Assembly (NCBI GenBank): GCA_964016885.1
Contig: OZ024758.1
Span: 5,952,001-6,016,000 of the forward strand
Direction: 5' to 3'
Length of the DNA: 64,000 nucleotides
DNA from: Eledone cirrhosa
Lineage: Eukaryota
Numbering within the stretch: position 1 is the stretch's first letter; the number at the start of each line of letters is the position of its first letter. Under the pieces are notes generated by a model that worked only from the letters and a program-made list of their open reading frames with translations, was not told the origin of the DNA and did no database searches. Of the stretch, positions 1-14,500 are shown one piece after another. A program made the position numbers and the translations under genes.

Positions 1-888
1 GGACTGAGTTGTGTGTTGTATTCTTGAGCAAAACACTTCATTTCACATTGCTCTAATATATTCAGCTGAAAATAAGTACCAGCAATAGCTGGAGATTTTA
101 ACCTGTGATGGAATGGCATCATGTCCAGTAGGGAGTCTTGTACTCTCAGTCGCTTCATGCTATGAAAACCAAGATAAGTACCGGCCTGATGAGCCTCTGG
201 ACTTGCGACAGACAAGACTTTAGTGGTGGTGGTGGTGGTAGTGTAGCAGGCCTCCTCCAAGGTATATCTCGTTGGAAGTGTCTTGGGTGATTTAATGATA
301 GGGATCCCAGTCCTATCATCTCATTTCTACAGCTGAGTAAACTGGAGCAATGTGAAATAAAGTGTCTTGCTCAAGGAAACAACACATCACCCGGTCCGAG
401 AATTAAACTCACAACCTTTCGATTGCAAACCCAATGCTCTAACCACTAAGCCATGTGCCTTCACAGTGGTGGGGGTCTAATCAAAACAATTTCATCTTCC
501 TTTTCAAATTATACTTTCAGAACCTATTTCAAAATATTTGGAGAGCAACAATCAAGCTTGCATATTCAAAGGACAACCAAACACAAACAAATAAATCAAA
601 AGGAAGAACAAACATCCCTGTGTTACTTGAAAGAGGAAATCTCAAAATAATATTAAATTTATGGCTTTCTGGTTAAAACGTTTGATTTGTAGCCACATTT
701 GATTACACTGTACAAGAGATTGGAATCTTGTGTTCACCAATGCCTTGAGTGAAATTTGATAGACAGAAATTGTGTGGAAGTTTATTGTGTGTATGTGTGT
801 GTGTGTGTGTGTGTGCATGCATGCATGCAGACGTGTGTAAATATACATATATAAATAAAAGAAGTATGTTTAGAAAGAGTTGAGAAAA

Positions 889-1054
889 GTTTGCAAATTG
901 AAATAGAAGGTTTCACTGTAACATTTGATTCAATATAATAGTCTAATAATGGGGCCTATCAACCCACAGAATGGAAAAAGATGGATATCTCCATTATTAA
1001 ACTATTATATTTAGTCAAATGTTAGGGCAAAGCCCTCGATTTCAATTTTCAAAC
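889..1054. repeat. Imperfect inverted repeat (about 64-bp arms), old MITE-like hairpin
   Basis: gtttgcaaattgaaat...taacatttgattcaatataatagtctaataatgg vs ccattattaaactattatatttagtcaaatgtta...atttcaattttcaaac. Confidence 0.7.
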
Positions 1055-2183
1055 ATATATAAATGTTTGATTCCATTGTACAACACTGATCAAGTGTCTT
1101 TAAGTGTTTGGAAGTCCTATGTGTATGTGGGTGTGTGTAAATATACATATATAAATGCATGAATGTATGTTAGTGTATATAAACATGAGAAAAATGTACT
1201 CAATATGAAGTGTAAGGTAACATAGAATTTAATAGAAGCTAAAACCTTTACAAATATAACTCAGTTTATCACACCGACTTAAAGTTGGAATGTGGAGTTT
1301 GGTAAAACTTTAGCTTCTAATAGACTATATACTACTCTACCATCAGCCCCCCGCCCCTCCATAATATGCATTATTCCATATATATACCCATGGTAGTAAT
1401 GTTATAATACTTCAGCCAATATCTTTAACCCTTTAGCATTTAAACAGCCATATCCGGCCAGAATTCTCTCAACTCTTTCTGTTCAAACTGGCCATCTCAT
1501 AATGACCTTAAGGTATTGTTCTCAAAATAACTAATATCAAAATCTTGTAGATTCGATATTATATGAGATAATTATGTAAGATAAAGCCTTTACCACAAAA
1601 ATACAATAGTAAATATAGAGTAATGTAAATGCTAAAGGATTAATTTGCAAGAAATACTAAATCTCTTCTAAGTCACACTCTATCATCTAAAAAAGAGAGA
1701 GAGAGAGATACATAGGATAATATAACTTTCTTTTTATTTTTCTTAGATATATGTTTGCAAGAAAGGAAAAAAATGGGATCATCACAGCTGGAATGCCCTT
1801 CAACATACTTCTACTGTATCAGGTCTGACTTGAGGTTAAAAACAACAATAAGTACCTATGTCTCATTGCCATATATCATCACAGGAGAGGAAAAAATCAT
1901 GGAAAGAAAAACAAAAAAATGGTAGCCTTCTAAATGTTTCCTGGCATGGAGTCAAAATAAGAATGAGAGAGGGGTGGGGGTGGGGGGTGCATATCAAGTA
2001 ATGAGGAAGAGATGACTAAGAAAAAGGTGAAAGAAAGAGAAAAAGAAATTTTAAAGGAAAAAAAAAGGGGATATAGTGCAGGAGAGCAAATTTTGTTTTG
2101 AAAGAGGGTTGTAAAGTTGAGCAAAACTGGGTCTTTTAACAAATGTATGAACAGTGTATGTTGTGGTGCATGTATGTATGTGT

Positions 2184-2320
<137 letters not shown>

Positions 2321-2793
2321 TGAGGAGGTCATTTTATTTTTTTTTTATTATATTTTTTTCTATTAATGGGGTAACCGAGGTATTTTCTCAGTTGCAGCAA
2401 CAGTAAAACAGAACATTTAAAAATAGTACAGTGAAGTGAAAAGAAACAAAAAAAAAAACAAAAAAAAAACAACCAAAGAAAAACATTAAATTAGTTATAG
2501 TGTTAGAAATTTTTACTTGAATATGATGACTTGGAAAGAGAGGTATGAAAATGGAGTGGGAATGGAACATTTGAGCATTCACACTATTCTCAAGGATAAA
2601 GCATGTTGAAACTAGGAATGAAAACTGGGTCACAGACTGTCTTATCACCAAACTACAGCACCTGCCTTCCACTGGAAAAGTTTTAGATGAAATAAATATT
2701 ATTTTTAAAAATTTTAAATTATACTCTTTTATACCTATTTTACTTAAGATGGATTTCAGTTCATAGGCAGATGCCCCTCCTCATATCAAACAC

Positions 2794-3022
2794 TTAACCC
2801 TTTAGCATTTAAATCGACCGTATCCGGCTAGAATTCTTTCCCCTCTTTCTGTTCAAAATGGCCATAACCAGCTACTCATACTTATGTTAAGGTATTGTTC
2901 TCAAAATAACTAATATCAAAATCTCGTAGATTCAATATTACGTGAGATAATAATGTGAAATAAAGCCTTTACCATGAAAATACAACAGTAAATATAGAGT
3001 AATGTAAATGCTAAAGGGTTAA
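2794..3022. mobile_element. piggyBac-type MITE (TTAA ends); other copies near 1425-1643, 6030-6244, 18650-18977, 25346-25545, 28083-28144
   Basis: TTAA-CCCTTTAGCATTTA ... TAAATGCTAAAGGG-TTAA termini, dispersed homologous copies. Confidence 0.85.
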
Positions 3023-3307
3023 TAATGTAGGATTTGGTAAATATTTTCAGTTAGATGGATGAGACCAATGGGAGTAATGTATAATGGCTAAGAGAGTAGG
3101 GTTTTTGAACCCATAACAAACTTGTAATTAGTAGGCTAACATGGTAGATAATCTACTACCAAGTTAATTAGACTTAATTAATGATTTCTAATTTAGGAAC
3201 AGACTAAAGATGATTAAATTGACCCCAATACATGACTTGCATTTTAACTTATTGACCTTGAAAAAATGAAAAGTTGACTATGGTGGTATTTGAAACCAGA
3301 ACAAATA

Positions 3308-3725
3308 CTGCAGTGCATCTTGTGCAACATTGACTGACTATTGCAGTGTATCTTGTGCAGCATTGACTGTCTGCTGCAGTGCATCTTGTGCAACATTGAC
3401 TGACTATTGCAGTGTATCTTGTGCAGCATTGACTGTCTGCTGCAGTGCATCTTGTGCAACATTGACTGACTATTGCAGTGCATCTTGTGCAACATTGACT
3501 GTCTGCTGCAGTGTATATTGTGTAACATTGACTGACTATGCAGTGCATCTTGTGCAACATTGACTGTCTGCTGCAGTGTATATTGTGTAACATTGACTGA
3601 CTATGCAGTGCATCTTGTGCAACATTGACTGTCTGCTGCAGTGTATATTGTGTAACATTGACTGTGTCACAGTATATATTGTGCAACACTGACTGTCTGT
3701 CGCAGTATATATTGTGCAACACGAT
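3308..3725. repeat. Minisatellite, 33-bp unit with alternating variants, about 12-13 units
   Basis: tgcagtgcatcttgtgcaacattgactgactat alternating with tgcagtgtatcttgtgcagcattgactgtctgc. Confidence 0.95.
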
Positions 3726-6700
3726 TGACTCGGCCACACCAGTCAAAACAAAGATAACAAAAATAAACAAATAAGAATACAGAGAGGGGGTGGGGATCAT
3801 TTTAATACTACAGAAACGACAAAAAGGTATAAAAACTATGATGAGGCATTAAATATTAAAATATTTCAACATATTTTCATATGTTTATATTTTATTTTAC
3901 ACTGTATAGCTTTTGTTTCTTATATGCAAGTCTTATTTTAAGATTAGCCCAGATAAGATATGAAACAGAATAAAAAAACACATCTATTATTTGAAATGTT
4001 CCAAGTGTTATTTGTAGAGGAGGTGCATGGCCTAATGGTAAGGGCGTTGCCTTTATGATCATAATCTTGTGGGTTTGATTCCAGGACTTGGTTGTGTGTT
4101 GTGTTTTGAGCAAAACACTTCATTTCACATTGCTCCAGTATACTCACCTAAAAATGATTACCAGCTCAGCAATAGCTGGGGGTTTAACACTGTGATGGAC
4201 TGGCGTCCTATCCAAGGGGGTGTTTTGTACTCTCAGTAACTTCACACCTCAGAAAGCGGGGTAAACACAAGCTTTTTTAGAAGTGTTATTTGAGATGGAT
4301 AGCAATTGATCCAACAATAAGAGTCAGAATTTACAAAACATAACATGGACTTACACTATGTATATATGGTCCCACAGCTCTTGGTGTTACTAGGGCATTT
4401 TTAAAACCTGGCAGCGCCATTCTCCTCTCCAGGTTTGAACACAGCAGATTTCTTCCATAGGAAGGGGAGAGGTAGAGAGACTGAGGGGGGGGGATATAGA
4501 GAGAGGGGTGGAGATGGAGAAAGGTAGAGAGAGAGAGAGAGAGACAGAGGAAGTGAGAAAGAGATGTAGTACTAAACTAGTACTTTTTCTATCGACTTTC
4601 AATGGATGAAAGGCAAAGTTGAGCTGGGTAGGATTTGAACTCAGAGAGTAGAGAATCGGAATGAATACAGCAAAGCATTCTATCTGACGTTCTGACAACT
4701 CTGTCAATTTGCCGCCTATGGACTTACACTATAAACATTAGTAAAATATTTGTGTAATCAGAATAGATATTATGTTGTTGAGAGTAAGCCAAATGGAGTC
4801 AAGCTGATCTAACTCATAAATCCAAAATGACAGCATAGTAAAGTTGTAATAAAGACAGCGGTGGATGTAGTTAAGAATGAAGATATTAATAGTCATAATA
4901 CACAACAGTTTGACAACAGTAATCAAATAACAAGTAACTTGTATGGCATCAGACATAGTTAAGATTGGATGTATTCTCAAAACTTTGGTTAGCCACCTAG
5001 TGAACACAACCTGCTTTCCATATCAACCTGCCTGAAACCACCCTTGGTTCGAAAATATAAAACTATTTGCTAGTGTTTATCATCATCATTACTAACAGCA
5101 TCATTGTTTAACGTCTATTTTCCACACTTGCATGGGTTAACCTGCCATCATAATTTTAAGTAACAACCCTTGTTAAGTTATGTTCCAAACACCAGCTTAA
5201 TAATGAGAAAGTTAGCTATATTACTAAATCACTCCAGTTTATTGGTTATTTTCAGTGTCTTTCATGAGAAATATGGTAACAAAAGGTTAATGTATAATGC
5301 TACAAAGGCCATAATGAAAAAAATTGAATACAACTTTAAAATATGTCTTTAATTAAACGGCTTATTTTCTTTAAGATTCTAGATTAAACAATATTTCTGT
5401 TGGGATTTTTTAAGAAATTCGACAAATTAAACACAAATTATGGATATTACTGGCATTCCAAACATATTTGCATCATTGCTAAAGATTAATGTTGTAGCTA
5501 TGAAGTCAAATTTAGCTTTAAAAACAACAAGCAATAAACCCTATTAAACTATTTCAAACATATTCAAATAACAAAACAGTTCACCCTTTATAGTGATATG
5601 GTACTATAACAACAAAGCACCCAGTCCATCATACATGTAAGATAGTCGTGTTGCTAACACAAAAAAAAAACACCCAGTCCAACCCGTTAGATGGTTGTTT
5701 TGGTGCTACGATAAAAAGTACCCAGTCCACATTGTAATATGGTTGCCATTAGGAAGGGCATCCAGCTGTAGAAACTAGGTCAAAATACAGATCAGTATGA
5801 GCAAGACATGGTCACCTGGCCTGAATTGTCTCATGTGACAACTTCTCTAACCCATGCAAGCAAAAATAGACATTAAATAACAACAATGATACCACATATA
5901 TTATTATATATATGAAAAGGAACAATGATTCTGTTTTAAATTATGAAAACCTATTGAAATAGAAGAAGAACAGTTGTATGTTACAACACATATAACATTG
6001 AAATTCTATAAACAAACTAAATTGATGATTTACTTTAATGTTCAAACCGGCCAGAATTCTCTACCTTTTTCTGATGAAACTGGTTGTAACTGGTCACTCA
6101 AACTGATGTTAAGATATTGTTCTCAAAATAAATAATATCGAATCTATGAGATTTTGAAAGTATGTGAGATATTTATGTGAGATAAAGCCTTTACCATGAA
6201 CATATAATAGTATATATAGAGTAATGTGAATGTTAAAGGGTTAATATATATTTTTTTAACTCTAACTAGATTCTCACAGATAAAATGTTACCTCACAATT
6301 TTCACACCACAAAGTTGATAATATTATATAAATAAAGTATTATCAGTGCACAAGGAAACAAAAAGTGACATAAAATGGGCAGCCTATCAAATTTGTCAAA
6401 AGACAGGAATTTGGAAGCTATACAACAGGAATATAAGAAAGTAAAAACTTGTTTTATTTTATATGATTCATACAGATAGATATTGTTAGCAAGTTTCATT
6501 CATTATCCTTTTAGCTACTAAACATATAAGCTTGGTTGTCATTGACATTTTACTGAAAACATTTAGATTATAGAGTATTGTAGTTTGCTTGAAGCATTGT
6601 TGAATAGGAAACACAAATTTAAATAATTTTGAAAACCATACAATGCACTAGAAAATTAAAATTGCCAAGATAACAATAGAATTTTACCTTAGCAAATTTA

Positions 6701-8957
6701 ATAATCCCAAATATTTTCGGGTTTAAAAACCTATTATCAAGGGAGTATCCCTATGAGAGACTTAAAGGATCGATCAGTTTTGACTTGTTTGGAAAACTGA
6801 TTTAAGTTAAATGAAATGAAAAGACATTTATATATAAACATGAAGTAGAAAAAGAAGCAGCATGATAAATGAATGGAAGACCCCAGAAAAGGTATTTCTG
6901 TTGAAAGCTAGGGGTATTAACCAAATGTAGTCTAACCCTAAAACACAGCTTCTCAATATAGGATTCTGTGAAGATCATAAAGCCCCATGCAGGTCCAAAT
7001 ATTTCAAAATATAAAATAACAATATTTCAATAACAGTATAATATATATATATTATATATATATATACATACATACATACACACACACATATATAAAATAA
7101 TCTAAATTTTAAAACAAAAAATATTCTGCTAAAACTATGAACCAATTTGAAATTATTTACTTCATTACAACATGCTGTGGTGTAAAATGAAAATAAGCTG
7201 AACCAAAGTTAACATTTAAAATAATGTAAATTTGAGACAAATAAGGGTTTGACATTCTTTTAGATTTTAAATACCATCCATGTCTATGTATTAGGATATA
7301 AATAAACAATTGAATGGGTTCAGTTTAATCACAGTATCATATTTCAATAAAAATTAAAATTACCATGAACTTTGATGAATGTGAATAATTATTTTTTTAT
7401 GTTTTGTATATTCGGTTTGTGATGGGAAGAACCTGTTCTTTGAAGTTCCATGGTAAGTGCTGACCTCATCAAAGATCCAAAGGTTTTTTTACTCACTATT
7501 TCAGACAGATATTTTTATGATACTTCTGTTCCACTAAAGCTTCATGTAAACTTTCTCTTTAAAATTATAATCCTTAATGTTTGTCCATAAGTAATTGGCC
7601 AAACATGGTTAAGTGCAGCTACATCTCTGACATGACCAAAGTCAAACTGAAAATGGTGGAGGTCAACCAGGGAGGGAAGCCTCCACCATGAGTGAAAAGT
7701 CTCTGGATTGGATTGGAGTTGATGAAGACCCTGACTTTGGCTATTATCATAGATTAACTGGGTTTTTATGTTTTCTCCATAGATGGCTGGGGAATATGAT
7801 TCTGATAGGGAAATAACTATATATAATGCACACAAGGGACAGAGGTTTCATTTGAAGTACCAGCTGACTAGATATATTTGAGTTTGTATTTGGTTTCCCC
7901 TAGCAGGATGTGTGTTTCTTGCAAAGACCTTACATCTTATGAATGAGCCACAAGGGGCTTGTTCTAAGCAAGATGTTCCATGGAATTTTATGCCAATTTT
8001 CACAGCTTTCAGTGTTACTTTCATAAGAAACATTAACAATTTTGAAAGGACATTATTAAACAATATATATTTTACAATCCTTGTTACCATACATTAAATA
8101 AAATTGCAAACTAATAGAAACTACAGATAAAAATCAGTGTAATAATTTGTGTTTGACCCCTGATTAGTTTACATCAAGTTTTCTATGGTAGCACAGGCTG
8201 TATAGTTGTAAAAATAGGCTTATTATTTGAGTAAATATTAGGGTGGTGGATTGGCAGCATTTGTAGGGCATCAGACAACATGCTTTCTTGCATAGAATTA
8301 TGGCCCTTTACATTCTGAGTTAAAACCCTGTCACGGTTAGCTTTGCCAGGGTCGATAAAAAAAAGCATCAGTAATGCACTGGGGTCGATTTAATCAACTT
8401 TCTCTTCTATCCAAAATTGTTAACATTAACTTAACACTGAAATACTATGGTTGTGTAGGCAAATGACATTGATGGAAGTCATGTAATTTGTATATAGATT
8501 GAAGAAAAACTGAACTCTAGCATACTGCCAATAGTCCAAAAGGAGAGCCTGCTGCTATGCTTCATTTTGGGGGTAGGGAGAAATAAAATGGGGAACAAAA
8601 AAGCAATAGAGTAAACAATATATTTGTGTTATTTAATATGTCTCCTTATGAACAAGAAAAGGAATAAATATCTCAATAGAAAATAAAGATATATACTGAC
8701 ATTAAAAGGTAAAAACAAAGCAAATAAAATGAACCTCTTGACCATCAAAATGAGATGGCAATCACTTATAAATAAATCAGTATATATAAGAAGGGAGGAG
8801 AGTGACCATAAGAGAGGTAACAAGGGGCCGCTCTCCTATCTCACTTCCTTTAACTAAGCAATTTCTGGTTCACTTCACTTCCACCGGCACAGGTTGAAAA
8901 GGTTGGTCCCCCAGGCCAATAAAATGGACATCTCTATATAAATATACATATCTATAA

Positions 8958-9004
<47 letters not shown>

Positions 9005-9060
9005 TATGCATATTTTATATATATATATGAATATACATATCTATACACACACACATATTT

Positions 9061-9096
<36 letters not shown>

Positions 9097-11473
9097 TGCA
9101 TATTTTATATATATATATAGAAACAAATATAGATATTTGATATTTTTCCTTATTTTAATATCTATAATTGCTTAAATCACACTTTTCTTTCTTTTTTTAT
9201 TCCTTTAAATATAAAAAAAAAAAAAAAAAAAAAAAAACGTTTTCAAAAACCTGATCTCTTTGGCAGAGATTTTGGATGATCAAATAAATATTGCCATTTA
9301 AAAAAATAACTTCAATATATTATATATAAACAAAAAAACAAATATGTACTGGATATATAAACAAATAAAATGTACTGGTTAAAGTTTTGTAAGAATTCAA
9401 ATGTACAAACTCCTCAAGATAGTCAGGCTACAACGAAAACAATTTTATAGTAAATTTTACAGAATATATTTTTTTTATAAATTTCCATTTTAAAAACAAA
9501 ATTCACTTAAAATATTAAGAAGTAGTGCAATTTTTTTTTTTTTTTATTTTATTTTATTTTTAAAAAGATTTTTTTTTTTTCATGAACGAAGTATATTCAA
9601 ACGGCTTATTTTAAAGATTGTATTATTTCAAAATTCATTTTTCAATAGTTTTCAATTAAATAATTCCAAACAATATTAACAGAAAGATAAAATTTACATA
9701 AAACTGATCGAACTTCAAACATAGAAATGTCACACTTAGGAAGATAGATAAATTTGACAAAAATTCAATCTGGTCAATTTCTTATTAATAAAAGTGTCTG
9801 AAAATTTTTAAATAGTATTTCACAATTTTTTTAAATTCCCACTTAGGATAAGTCATCATTTAACATCTATTTTCTCTGCTATCAAATGTTGGATGGGTCA
9901 TCACAGGCCAAGCCAGTACTTAATTGGTACGACTGACCTCTCAGATGGGACAGGAGAACTTCATCTTGCTTACATACATTCCCACACTCTAATAGTGTGC
10001 AATGGGTACATTTTATTGACACCAACACCATGGAAGTGGCCATGTCTTTGATACAATTGACAAGTCTTCTTGACCCTTTGTTTGACAAATTTTCTATCAC
10101 CAACCACTTTACAGAGTGAACTGGGTATTTGTTGTGTCACCAATACTAGAGAGGTTGACACAACTGACATGGATTCTACAGCTGCATGCCATTCTTATCA
10201 CCAACCACCTTACTGGATGTACTGGGTGCATCTTTCATGACACCAACTCTAAAGAAGTTGTCAGTCGTTGACTCAACAGAAGAGCCCTGTCTACCCTGGA
10301 AGAGGTGGGTAGGACAGAGATGAAGTAAGAAGGTTGATAAGTATGTTATCATGGGTCTATAGCAGGTACGAGAGGCGAGAAAGTTCGTCATAGGTGCATG
10401 CCATGTGGTGGAATTTGATAGAGTGATGAGTGGGAGGAGGTGATTAGCAATAGTGTGAGAGGTATTGTGGTGATGAAAACAACTATAAGGGAGTTATGAC
10501 AGGTGTATTAGGATTTAAGAGGGGTGAGAGTGATCCTGGTTAGAGTTGGTGTGTTAGGATTTAAGTGGGGTAATACTAGACAGAGGGGATGGCAGTGTAA
10601 AGTGAGAATAAGAATTGCTGGTAAGAAGGGATAATGGAGGAGATGCAGGCATGAATGGATTAGATCCCATCCTTTATGCTGGTAGGCAAGTCTTCTCCAG
10701 TACTGCATCTCATCAATCCTCAGTCCTTTTTCATCCCTGTTGTGTGATTCAACTCCCTAAAATTAGTTCTTCCCTACTTTATCCTATATCTTTCTAAGTC
10801 TACCTCTTTCATAAATCCCATCTACTCACATTTCTCTGTATTTCTTTACTCAGCTGTCACCTGCAGGCATCACATGTCCATCTAACAAAATGTTCTCTCT
10901 TCCACACAACAACCAATTACTCTTACACCAAGTTTTTCTCTCAGCTTGCTATGCTTGGTCAGTCCTACACACCAACATTACACATCCATCGGAGCATATT
11001 CACTGTATTTTCTTTTCCACCTTCCATAGGTATTCTGCAGTCAAAGCTCATGTCTCACTACCATGTAGCATCATACAGTCTACATTCTGAGAGAGAAGAC
11101 CTTCGTTGTCAACAGAGTCTACATTCTACATTCTGAGAGAGAAGACCTTCATTGTCCCTAAATTTCTTCCAATCTGTTCTTACTCTTGGCTACCACAAGT
11201 TCAAAAATATTTGTTATTGTTAATCACACATAGTTTGAAAATCATTGTTTGTTTGTAAAATAATTTGTCAGCATATATGTTTTAGAAAGCATACTAATTA
11301 AAGGAAAACAAATTAGGCTATTAAACATACACAGGGACAGAGGATAAGATAAATAAAAAAAAAGGAATGTTTCAAATTGGAAGCGAAAATTTATCTGTTA
11401 AGCAACCCCAAAATGAGGGGAAAATGAAAAATTATTTGATGGCTATTCTAGAATTTATGGAATCTCTGCTTAC

Positions 11474-11521
11474 CTTCACCTGGACTTGATATTTCAACAT
11501 AGCTGACCGTAATATCAATGC
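11474..11521 (-). CDS. GPS1: CSN1 exon 13 ([16 protein letters not shown])
   Basis: ttgtag acceptor, GTAAGC donor, 48 nt. Confidence 0.92.
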
Positions 11522-14500
11522 CTACAAGAAAAAGTTTAAATTTATAAGAGAGGAAAAAAAAAAAATAAAAAATTTTTTTAGCGTCACAATATTAAGTTTG
11601 TTAAGCCAGACATAGCTATAATGATTCTTTAGTCTGATATTTTGATATTATTTTTCTTCTCATCCATTTTACAATACAATGTCAACCAATATATTGCTGG
11701 GATATAGTGTACATACTGGAATATAAGCCGAGGAATATGTGACCAAAAAATCGATTGTAAAATGGGGGGGGGGGGGGGGGGGGGCAGCTTATATAAGCCA
11801 TGTTGATTAGCTGCCTTGGTTTGGGGTTTGGATTTTTTCCCATTTCTCAGACATAAAATAAGAGGGTCAATTTATATTCAAGTATATGCAGTATATAATC
11901 TAGGTGAGGACAAAATGCTTATACCTTTAACTATCTTGATTTTAAGTCTAGTATTAGATTGAGTTAAATCATGTGTTATTTGCTATTGGCCTTCATCATT
12001 TATCCTGATATTTTAAGATATTATAGGCTATGTGTTCCCTACTTTTAAGATAATGTGAATTTGTATGATAAAAAATTTGATTGTATTAGCACTATCAAGT
12101 GCATGTTGGAGATCTACTCCTGACAAGTTAATATTACCATGTTACCATGTTGTCTGGGTAATTGCTGGCCTTGTGCCTAAAGTAGAAACAATTACCATGT
12201 TGTCTGTAAATTCCTGTAGACTGATCATACACACACCAGTCTCAATAACTACTTCCAATCTGGCTGCACATGTCAATCCTGTCTCTGAAGATTATGAGAG
12301 AAAGGAATACAAGTGGCCAAAATGGGATTCCTCCAAAAAATTTCGGAGTAACGTTACTCGATAGAGTGTGTAGCTCAGAAATCAGAAAGTCACTCCAGGT
12401 AGAGCCACTACTTCTCCAAATGAGAAATCACAGCTGCGATATTACAGGCATGTGGTTAAAATGTCTTAGGAAAGAATTGCTGGACAGATTCTATGGGCAA
12501 AAACCAGCCGGGAGGAGACCCAGGGGTAGACTCCAAGCAAGATGGTTGGACAGCATCCATGAGCTTAGCTGGTCTCACTTGGGGATCCAACCAGATCAAT
12601 AAGAGATGGTTGCTTCTGACATGACTAGGAAGGACTGTTTGAGGACTCTGCCCTCACGACTCTCCCAGGAATAAGTGGGTGAAGCAGAGAAAGAGAGAGA
12701 AGGGTGAGGGGAACAGTATTATTCTGCTCAGTTATTTAATATATTTTAATTACTACTTACTTTTGTTCGACGTTCATACTCTTGACCCATTGCTATAGAT
12801 TTTTCAAAAGTTGAACTACGTTGATCTATATCTTTAGCATACAATATCTGAAAAGATAAAGAAAATTAAATATGATATACAAATTAAGAAGTTTGCTTTG
12901 CAACAAGGTAGTTTTGGGTTAGACTGGGTGACACCTAGGACAAATGTCTTTTATTATAGTCTTGCTTTGACCATTGCCTTTTGAGTAAAGGTAGACAGAA
13001 ACTGTGAGGAAGCTCATCATATGTGAGAGTCTGTATTTGTTGCTGTTTATTTATGTCTTGTAAACAGATCAGTAAAATAAATAAGAATTTTTTTTAAAAT
13101 AAGTATGAGGGGTGATATGATTGACTAAAAACCTTTCACGGTAATGCTCCGGCATGGCCTCAGTCCCATGACAGAAACTAGTAAAAATAATAATAAAAGA
13201 ATAATACATCTAAAAGTAGTTGGCATTAATTAATACCAACTTCAAACAGTTTGTGTTAAGCTGCCTACATAGTTTTACACAATTCTCACCAAATAGTAAG
13301 CTGTGTATTCTCTCATTTATAAATAATTTATGAAAACAAATGTGTTGTTAGTGACAACAGTTAAGAAAGGTTTAATTCTGTAAAGAAAAACCAATTCAGT
13401 AAATTCTTATATAACTATAATTAGGATATAAATAATGCATTAAGTGGGACGTTTATGACTTAATACTGTTTTTAAAGAAATTTTCTGTATATATTTATTA
13501 TTATTCCTCAGTTAGGAAGACAATATCAGGTACAAAGAATTCTTCAGTAATGTCGAGTGCAGGTCAACCTTTCTAGTGCTAGTGTCACAATAAAAAGTAC
13601 CCAGTACACTCTGTAAGTGGTTGTCACATGAGAAAGATGTTCAATCTTGGTGAGTACAGGTCAACCTTTCTAGTACTAGTGTCACAATAAAAAGTACCCA
13701 GTACACTCTGTAAAGTGGTTGGTGCATAAGCAAGATGCAAGTCTAGTCTCAGGCCGTGGCAACTAATCCAACCCATGCCAGCATGGAAATCAGACATACA
13801 ATGATGATGATGATGATGATGATGATGATAGGATAGCTTAAGCAAACTTTTTATTTTCTACAATGAACATTTTAAAACTCTTCAAAGATCTGTATATAAG
13901 ATTTGTAGCTTTGATTCCCATTGGTGAAAATTTATGTCTACTCACTGAACATCTTTCCTCCACTGACCCTGCTTAAATCCTACCACACTTGTCATACACT
14001 CAAAACATCACACTTGTCAGCCTCCCATCTCAACTACTTATTGTCAGTCACCCTTGACACTATACATATCATCCTTCATATTTCACTCATCTCTCTTAAT
14101 GTCATCCCAAAAGCTGAGAGAAATCTTCAGTCACCAAATGGACATAATAACCTTAGTGCCATGGTAAATGCTTCCCAGTACACTCTGTAAAGTGGTCGGC
14201 ATTAGGAAGGGCATCCAGGTGTAGAAAACTTGCTAAACTAAGGACTAAGAGCACTCTTCAGTTGTGTCAAGGGCACAACCTCCCTAGTGTTGACACCACA
14301 ATAAAACGCACTCTGTATACCCTGTAAAATGGTTGTTGATAGAAAGGGCATCCAGCCATTGAAAACTTGCCAAAAAAGAGAAAATTAAAAAGTTGAATTT
14401 AACTGTCTTATAGATAAATTTATATTTCAAACAATCTGCCATGTTAGAATGGATAAGATTGTCACCACAAATTTAAACATTTATATATTGGTGACAGAAT

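Noticed and set aside
181-220. CTGATGAG as hammerhead core
   Set aside because: Part of a SINE 3' region; no downstream GAAA or stems.
3244-3800. Cys-rich ORFs resembling metallothionein or keratin-associated proteins
   Set aside because: Products of the 33-bp minisatellite, open in several frames on both strands; no splice or start support.
4020-4100. tRNA genes at SINE heads (also 15295, 48755)
   Set aside because: A/B boxes are present but no cloverleaf is evident and each continues into a shared SINE body.
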